Of a DNA stretch of 64,000 nt, positions 55,571-64,000 are shown in pieces. The stretch comes from the human T2T-CHM13v2.0 reference genome, Homo sapiens. The first letter of the stretch is position 1; every line of letters begins with the position of its first letter. The stretch lies in NCBI RefSeq assembly GCF_009914755.1, contig NC_060925.1, one strand, 5' to 3'. The notes below the pieces were generated by a model. That model saw only the letters and a list, made by a program, of their open reading frames with translations, searched no databases and was not told the origin of the DNA. The position numbers and the translations under genes are program-made.

Positions 55571-57159
55571 CTTCTAGAAGTTGTGCTTTCATAAATGACA
55601 ACAGAGGGATAGTCAAAGAGACAATTTTGAGGTAAATTTAAGTAAATATTATTTCCTTAAAAATTAATAATCATAATTTTTAGTTAGTGGTGTTAAAAGA
55701 AAGGGCAGGATTAAGATACGAAGAAATAAGATCATGTAAATTGGGAAAGTCATAAACAGACAAGTATTATAATTTCTTATTGTTTGAAGGGTCATTGAAA
55801 TATGGATTTATTTTATACAATTAAGTGCATTTTAAGATAATGATTTAAACAATTAAAATAAAAATGAAAAATGGAATAGGAACGATAAAAAAAAAGTCAT
55901 TAAAGGAGAAAAGTAAAAAGTGTAAAAGAGGAAATAATTGTAAGATGACAGGAAAATGATTAAAACAATTGAAAATCACAATTGCACTAATTGGGCTAAA
56001 CTCTGCAGTGAAAAGATAAAATTGTCAAATTAAACTAAAAAAATCCACTAGATTACAAAATGTTATTAAATTAAAGAGGATCAGTGCATAATGGTAAAAT
56101 GTTCCCTTCTCAATCTGTAACAGTTTTACAATTTTATCTATCTAAGAACATAGGAGACAGGAGAGGGGAGAAAGAAGAAAGGAGGGGAGAGAGAGACAAA
56201 GAAAAAGAGGAGGGAGAAAAGAGAGTGAAATAATTCACACATCTACAAAGAGATATTGACAAATCTATCAACATTCTGTGTTATTTTATCATACCTCTCT
56301 TAGTGGTTAGTAGAATAAATAAATTTTTATAAAACAGAAACAATTTAGAGAATTTTATCAACACCATTACTAAACCTAAAGTAATAATATATATCAAATA
56401 GTGTACCATAACAATTCAAGAATATGCATTTTTATGCACATATAGAATATTTATGAAAAGTGATAGTGTGCCAAGTCATCAAGTTAGTTTTTAAAATTTT
56501 CAAATAGTTGCTAACACAGTAACTTCATGAGATGATGACACAATTAAGGAATAATAACAAAATATGACTAGAATAAAACTATACTTGTAAATACAAGAAA
56601 AAGCATACAACTCGTGAATCACAGGAAAAAGCACTAAGGAAATTAGGCAAAATTTGGAAAATGAGAATAACTTAAATACTATGTATCATAATAGAGTGTT
56701 AAATTAAAAGAACATATAGAGATAAATGGATAGCCTAAAATTCTTACATTAGAAAAAAATAGTGTTAAAATCAATGAGCTAAACAGCTATCTCATGGAAT
56801 TAAAAATATAACAATGATATAAATCCAACAAGAGTGGAGGGAGGGAAATAATAAAGAAAAAAATAATAAAATTGAAAAACCTAGTTAACTAACGAATCCA
56901 AGAATTGATTTTTTTGAAATTACTAATAAAATAGGTAAACCTCAGATAAGATTAAGATTAAGGAGAACTAAAAAGAGAACAGACAGAATTAAATAATATT
57001 AAGATTAAAACAATGAGACAATTATGAACAAATTAATGCCAATATATTTGAAAATGCATATGAGATAGGCAAATTTCTAGAAAAATTAGAAGTTGAGAAA
57101 ACTGATTAAAAGAGAAATAGAAAATCTGAAGAGTCATACAACTACTAAAGACATTCGGT

Positions 57160-57570
57160 CTTCAGGTAAGACTTAAAACCTGATTCCAAGCAATACCCTG
57201 AACACTCATTTCACAGTACAGGCAAAACATTGAATGTCTATGTGGACCATTACCAATATTCCATCAGGCAGAAGCCTACCTGTACAGGATGGATGTGGAA
57301 ATGAGAATCACAAAAAAAGAGAATATGTCCTATCTTCTTGTTACAAATATTTAAGTTAGCTTAGGATGAATATAGAAGTGCATAATTTAATTAATAAAAA
57401 ATGTTTCAAGGAATCTCAGGAGCAATACCAGGGACTAGGCATACTTACAGCCAAGGTCTGCAAAGTAAGTGCACTTGGAAAGACTTTGAATGACAAGAAT
57501 GCTGATGTCAGCCAAAGACCTTGTTTCTCCCCAGATTGGCTCAAGCTGGGCCAGATCCTTGCTATACTAC

Positions 57571-57604
<34 letters not shown>

Positions 57605-59790
57605 AGAGAGAGAAGGAAATGAGCCTCCAAACCATTCATAATTTTCTCTCATCCCCTGGGGGCACTCATTAAGTGTAAGTAATTTAGCTCTGATTGACAC
57701 AAACTCATAGTGGGTTTCACAGTATGTCTGGGAGTAGAGAGGGTTACACAGTATTTTCTGAGAATGGAGCATCAGTGAGAAACCACAAGCTGGATCCAGT
57801 GGAATGTAACATATCCAAATTTGTACAGGATTTATATCACAAGACATTGCCCAAAAGATTTGTAAAAGAGTATTTCAGGTTATTTTTACATATGTGTAAT
57901 AGCAAAAGACAAAATTATTTATGAGTTCTCACCCTCCCATCCATCTCTCAGAGTTGGGTAGTTTACACCCAACCAATCAAAGTTTACATTCCCTCTTGGG
58001 ACTGAGACAGACTGAATGTTCTTTCTCCAGGATGGTGAGTTTCACAGGGAAACAAGTCACCATATTATTTTCATAAGCAGTCCATGGGGGCAGAAGCGGG
58101 GGTGTGTAAAACCACTTGAGGCAAAGTCAATGTCCAAGTTCATGTCTGCTCAATTATCCTTACGTTGAACAATATAATCTTTCCTTTCACATATTGAAGT
58201 TTAAAAAAGCATCTAAAAAATTCTATATATCTTCAGAGGTCATGGTAGGCACAAAAAAAAAGAAAAGAGAGATGGCACATATATTTAACAATACTGTTAT
58301 TAAAAGAAGGGAGGGATACTGTTCCTTCTCAAAATTTTATCATTCCCCACTCCAAGACTCATGCATTCCTAGTGGGCCAGGTGTTTCCTATGCTATCACA
58401 CAACCACAGTCCTGAGTACGTATATTTTCAGGCTATTAGTGTTGGCCCAGAAGTCTGTGTAAAGGTAAATTTGTTAATATTGGGATGTCTAGGAACACCA
58501 TTTGATGTGCAACTCATTCCGAAGAGCAATCAACGACATAAATTATTGGCAATCTATTATTATGTTGGAAGGCTGCTTCTTTGCACTGATTTTGTTTTCT
58601 CTGTATGCAGACTATTTTATAGACAGCCATGATATCTTTGTGTAAAGGTGGAATTGGTAGCCTGGCTAAGGTCTCAAGGACCAGTTCTAGCTTCTATTTG
58701 GGGGCTCTGCTAAGGAGTAACGACATTTTTTGAGGTGCGATAATCTAAATCTGTAAGAGAAATGGTAGGAGCATTTCTCTGTAGCAGGAGAAAGTCCTTG
58801 AGTATGAATCCTAGAGGCTGAGGAGTACTCATGGTCTTTTGCCATAGGTTTCAATCAACCCTGTGGCTAGAAACATTTGTAATGTCATGGAGTCTGAAGG
58901 AGATATGAGCTTCAGGCCTTGAGTTACTAATATTTGGCTTGATTTCAAAGCCATGAGCTGTAGATATTAAGCTGGTAGTCTGTTTGATTAGTCTAGAGGC
59001 TGTAGTACAATTTTTAATTGTGGTATGTGCTATCTGCAATATCCAAAACAATCAGTCAAGTGTTGAGGCTCCTTTTTTGTACTTAATGGCTGATGAATCA
59101 ACAGCTCATCTTTACAATTTCTTTGAATTATGGTCCAAATAGTTCCCAACAAGGTACCTTGGATGATGCCTTGGATTTTGGCTATATTCAAAGTCAGCCT
59201 GTTTTTGTCAGTTGTGCTAGGATGGTATGCAATGTGATACATAGGCAGTTTTCTCAGTAGAAGCCATTATCAAAAATCATCATTGTAACAGAATCTGAAC
59301 ATGCATCAAGAGTTTATATTGTTCTAGAATTTATTGATGATTTGCCAATAAATTTGACAATATTGTCCTAGAATTTATTGATGATTTGTCAATAAACTCA
59401 CTGATGATTTGTCATTAGCATATTAGCATGACTTGGTTTTCCTTTAGAGGGTTATTTTTAAAAAGCACTTGCAATGTTTAAGACAACATACCAGGGCCAC
59501 ATTTTGTCATTTCTATGTCAGTTTGAGAACATGACCCTTTCTTATCTAAGCCTCTGTAGTCTTCAGTGGCTTATACTGTCTTGTCAGGACTGTTAAACTT
59601 GGAAGTAACCTGGGATAGAGCCCCTACTTATATTAACTCTTCTGTGAGGAGACCAAACACTATTTCTTCTCCTGGTCTGAAACATTGCTTCAATTGTGCA
59701 AGCTAGGCAAGCATATTAGGTTTGGACCATTCTGTCATGCCTTCCTCTAGCTTTTTTAGATGCCAAAGACAAAGATCATGATGACTATAA
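57160..59790 (-). mobile_element. Decayed endogenous retrovirus internal (pol/integrase-like) fragment
   Basis: Reverse translation around 59220-59305 gives CMFRF / VTMMIFDNG / YHIAYHP across frameshifts, resembling the integrase core xFGxPxxIxSDNG...HxPYHP. Composition is distinct from the flanking L1. Confidence 0.45.
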
Positions 59791-59879
59791 CCCAATAGAG
59801 ATACCCATGCATTTGAGCAACTGAGACATTCATGTCAATAATATAAAGGACTTTCAGCTCTCATATGTCAAAATCTAAG

Positions 59880-62800
59880 AAGCAGGCACTCCTATTCTTA
59901 CAACAAGGAAAAGATGGATAAATTAGAAATCAGTGACTTTTCTTGAGCCCAACAAAGAATTGATTTTGCAGGCAAACCACCACCCTGAAATCTGGAGAAG
60001 TAAATTCAGAGAGTCACAGCCCAGGTCTGCTTATTTCAAGCAAAAGTAGCTGAAGCCATAAACTAATAAGAATTAAATGATAATTTTGACAAATTTCTAG
60101 AGACTAAGTGTGGAATAGAATGAGAATGAGAAACTCCAGGGTCCACAGACTTAACAGGACCCCACACCCCCTAGTATACACACACTTTTGTATGCTTTAC
60201 CTCCAGAAATAGCACCAGGTTCTCAAAATGAAGAACCAAGAAACACCTTCTTCTGGCATGAGGAATTGGAAGAGTAATCCTTGTGAAATATGCCAAGAAC
60301 CTTTCCCATAACAAATCCCAACTCTCCAGGGAGAAAACTTAACAGAGCATTGTCCCAGAGCCATGGAGAAGGGTATTCTTATCACTCCAGCCTCTTCTAC
60401 TCTTTCTGTCTCACCTTGGGAAGAATAATTAAAAACAAAACAAAACAAAAAAAATATGAGAAAAAACACTTGTGAAGATCACAGGCCAAATATACAGCCC
60501 CCCACCCCACAATTAGATTTAATTGAATGATTACAAAACACCCCCTCCCCTAACACCTTACCATCAAATCAACAGAGCTCTTGTTGATTACAGATGAAAG
60601 AACTGCAAGACACAGACTCTTGAGAAAAAAATACTTAGGAATGCCCAAAGTCAAGGAGGGAAAGTCAAGGACACTAGAGGAATATGAATTCTTTGATATC
60701 CATAGCTGCAGCAAGCATTAAATAAAATTCAGTTTCTAATCAGAACATAAATCTTCACAGTAGAACTCTATTTACCTCAGTTCCTATGATCTGATATAAC
60801 ATGTTTGGTGTTTGACAAAAAATTACAAGGTACACCAAAAGGAAACAAAAAAGACAGTTTGAAGAGAGAAAACAAATATCAGAACCACACTTACCACACT
60901 TATATGACACAAGTCTTGGACTTATCAGACAGAATATTTAAAAATAACTATAATTAATATGTTAAGGGTTCTAGTGGAAAAAATAGACAACATGCAAGAA
61001 CAGATGGATAATGTAAGCAGAAATAGAAATTTTGAGAAAGAATATAAAAGAAGTGCTAGAAACCAAAAACACTGTAACAGAAACGGAGATTACTTTAGGT
61101 AAGCTCATCAGTAGACCGGAATAGGCTAAGGAAAGCATCACTGAGCCTGTAGAGAGGTCAATAGAAACTTTCCAAACTTAAATTTAAGGAGAAAAATATA
61201 AAGTAAAGAAAAACAAAAAAAGCTCAGTCAGGAACCTTTAAGAACTCTGGAAAAAATTCAACTGGAGTGACTATGTATAATTTGAATATTAGAAGAAGAA
61301 AAAACAGAGAAGGGAGCAGAAGAAAATTTGAATTACTAACAGCCAAGAACATTGAAAAATTAACGACAGACCCAAACCACAGTTCCAGGAAGATTAGACA
61401 ACACCAACCAGAATAAATACTGAAAAAGTACTCCTAATATTTTATTCAAATTTAAGAAAACCAAAGACAAAACAAGAAGAAAATCTTAAAGAATCCAGAA
61501 GAAAAAAACACCTTACCCATTAGAGAATCAAGGATAAGAAGTACAGCAGAAATTACAAAAGCAAGAACAGAGTGGAGTAAAATACCACAAGTATTGAAAG
61601 AATGATCTATCAACATAGAATTCTATATCCAGAAAAATTATCCTACAAAAATGAAGGAGAAATTAAAAAACGAAGGAATTCATCACCAGTAGACCTGCAT
61701 GAAATGTTAAAAGATTTATTTCAGGCAGAAGGAAGATGATCTAGGTCAGAAACTTGGACCTACATAAAGAAAATAATGTTGGAGAAGAAAAAAATGAAGG
61801 TAAAGGAAAATATTCTATTTCTCTTATTTGTAATTGATCAACTCTATAAGCTGGCAGTACCATATGTTACTATAGTGGTGAATATGGGACATTACGCTTT
61901 CAGCAAAAATTTATAAAACTTCATAGCACAAAGAGTAAATATTGATGTATCCAAATTTAAAAATAAGCAAGTAGGAAGATGATGGATCTCTGGGTGGAAT
62001 TCAGATTATAAAAATTAACTCTATTAAATGTATGTTATCACCTCACTTAAAGAAGAGGGGAAAAGTTGCTTATCTAAGTAACTTTGATGATTATTGGAAA
62101 CTGTAAGTCTGAAGGCAAAAGGAACAGTACGTAAGTACTATTCTAGCTGGCAAAGTTATGTCTCATGTGGGTGTGGATGAATAATTCTCAAAATTCTATA
62201 CATGTGTACTGTGATTAAACAAAAGTAAATAGATGTTACATGGTAGGAGCCAGCTTCTCACTGTTGGAAGGGGAGGTTACATCAAACAGGAGGAAATCTA
62301 GAATAAACCCTGTAGCACTGGGTTAGAGTCAGAGACACTAGTCTGAACTCATGCTAGCTTAATATATGGATAGGTACAAATGGAAATTATTATAAATATG
62401 TGCATGCATAGATTAGTATACATAGGTACATTTCCTAGCTCTATTATTTGCTGAGAGGACCTATGAGAAATAACACCTCAGTACCGACAAAGCAACAAAC
62501 CCACTCAGCACCCAGATCTTCGTTTCTAGAACTATCCTCCAATAGACGGAAACAAGCAGAAAGGGCTTGTTACTTGCAGAAAGGGCTGATTCTAGGACTG
62601 AGGCAGGGAATATACAAGATGAAACTAGATTATCCTGTAGTGTCAGAAATAAGGAAGCACTGAAAAAAATAAAATGATGGGGTCATGTCAAAAGCATACA
62701 AGAGTCAATCTGAAAGGTCTCCCAATGGCCTAATCTGGAATAATTTGAAAGACAAAATAAATAATATAGTTTTGGATCATAACCCAAAATGTAAACTAAA

Positions 62801-63507
62801 CATCCATGAGTCCATATTTATATACATAAATGATTGAATGCATAAATTAATGGGAGGGAAGAAACAAGTTTCCAGCACTAAAGAATTACAAAGAATATAT
62901 GTAGTATTCCCCTTTCAAAGGAGTGAAGCTTAATGTCCTACCCCTTGAATATAAGGTGTGCTTAGTAATGCTCTTCCAAATAAACACGGTATGGAAATAG
63001 GGAAATAAGTTAAATAAACACTGTATAAACCTGACAAACACTACTCCAGCCAAGTGATTCAGGTTAACATAATCAGTGATGTATGTTGGTATCATGTACC
63101 CTTGATGGGATGTAATGAAAATGACACTTCATGTGAGTGATCTTCCTCCAAAAACCCATAACCCTTATTTAATCATGAGGAAAACTTCAGACCAACTCCA
63201 ACTGAGAGATGTTATTTCAAATACCTAACCAGTTCTCCTCAAATTTTTCAAGGAAACAAGGTAAGTGTAAGAAACTGTCAGTCTAGATGAGCCACAGGAG
63301 ACATGATGACTAAATAGGTGATATCCCCAATGGGATCGTGGCACAGAACGAAGATTTTGGTAAAAATAAGGAAATAATTGTAAACCATGAATTTTAATGA
63401 ATTATAATGTGGCAATATTGCTTCATTTGTTGTGACAAATGTACCATAGTAATATAAGATATTAATGATAGGGGAAGTTCTATATGAGGTATTCAGGATT
63501 CTCTGTA
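59880..63507 (+). mobile_element. L1MC-type element: 5' UTR + ORF1 remnant followed by an L1MC3-like 3' UTR
   Basis: 5'-end block (aaaccaccaccctgaaatctggag), ORF1 block (agaattctatatccag...aaaatgaaggagaaat), long 3' UTR ending aaaataaaaagtttattaaaa. Confidence 0.75.
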
Positions 63508-63897
63508 TTCTATTTTCAACAGTTCTATAAATTGAAAACTATACTAAAATAAAAAGTTTATTAAAAGGTTAACACAAACAGAAATTAAAATATGAATATT
63601 TTATATCTATTAAAGAAATACACTTCATGATTAAAACCTTCCCACCAAGAGAAAAAATAGCAGAGCAGAAATTCACAAAGCTGGCCTGTCGAACACTTAC
63701 TAATTTTATCAAAATCCAGTTTGAGTGTCTTCTCTAGCTTGACGGCTTTCTCCTTCCATTACCTGTATTTCTTTTGTACTCAGTTCTGCACTTATTGGCA
63801 TATTTATATGTGCCTCTTTGTTCTACTTTAAGTTCTCTAAGTCGATGATTATACTTAACTTTTCTCCACACAATCAATGCCCACCAAACATAAATAT

Positions 63898-64000
63898 ATG
63901 TGGTTGCCAATATGTGCTGACTACCCTAACCCCCACTAATTATGAATGTGACTTATTTGGAAATAGAGTCTTTGCAGATATAATCAAGTTAACATCAGGT
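63898..64000 (+). mobile_element. MLT1B/C-type LTR start (runs off window)
   Basis: gaatgtgacttatttggaaatagagtctttgcagatataatcaagttaa. Confidence 0.75.

Larger units (their letters stand above)
54350..57150 (+). mobile_element. Old L1ME-type ORF1/ORF2 remnant
   Basis: ORF1-like (ctgagtcccagaa...tttgaggagatcatgtctgaggatttttcag) and ORF2-like (aatcaatgagctaaacagctatctc, tatgaacaaattaatgccaatatatttgaaaat) blocks. Confidence 0.7.

Noticed and set aside
57366-57847. Poly-K / poly-F ORFs
   Set aside because: Artefacts of an A30/(GA)n tract inside a decayed repeat.

Overview
Human genomic DNA: AT-rich, dense in Alu/L1/L2/MIR/MaLR repeats, with a human-lineage AluYb. The only supportable protein-coding sequence is the first coding exon of KCNT2 (Slick/KNa1.2, sodium-activated K+ channel) on the minus strand at 34554-34648 ([31 protein letters not shown], phase-2 GT donor), inside a CpG-island promoter (~34700-35800). 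Bases 1-34553 are KCNT2 intron 1 and host the MIR4735 hairpin (8763-8831). Bases ~35800-64000 are upstream intergenic DNA, which from recalled 1q31.3 gene order runs toward CFH; CFH itself is not seen. Almost all listed ORFs are spurious or come from repeats. I found no evidence for a new gene system. The best leads are: an in-frame uORF just before the KCNT2 start codon; tandem kB sites and a possible divergent TATA promoter with a splice donor; a distal IRF/kB motif cluster; a young AluYb; a 116-bp mini-LTR with TSD inside an Alu; and several local templated-insertion or fold-back scars. Repeat subfamily names are from memory of consensus sequences, and old-repeat boundaries are approximate.
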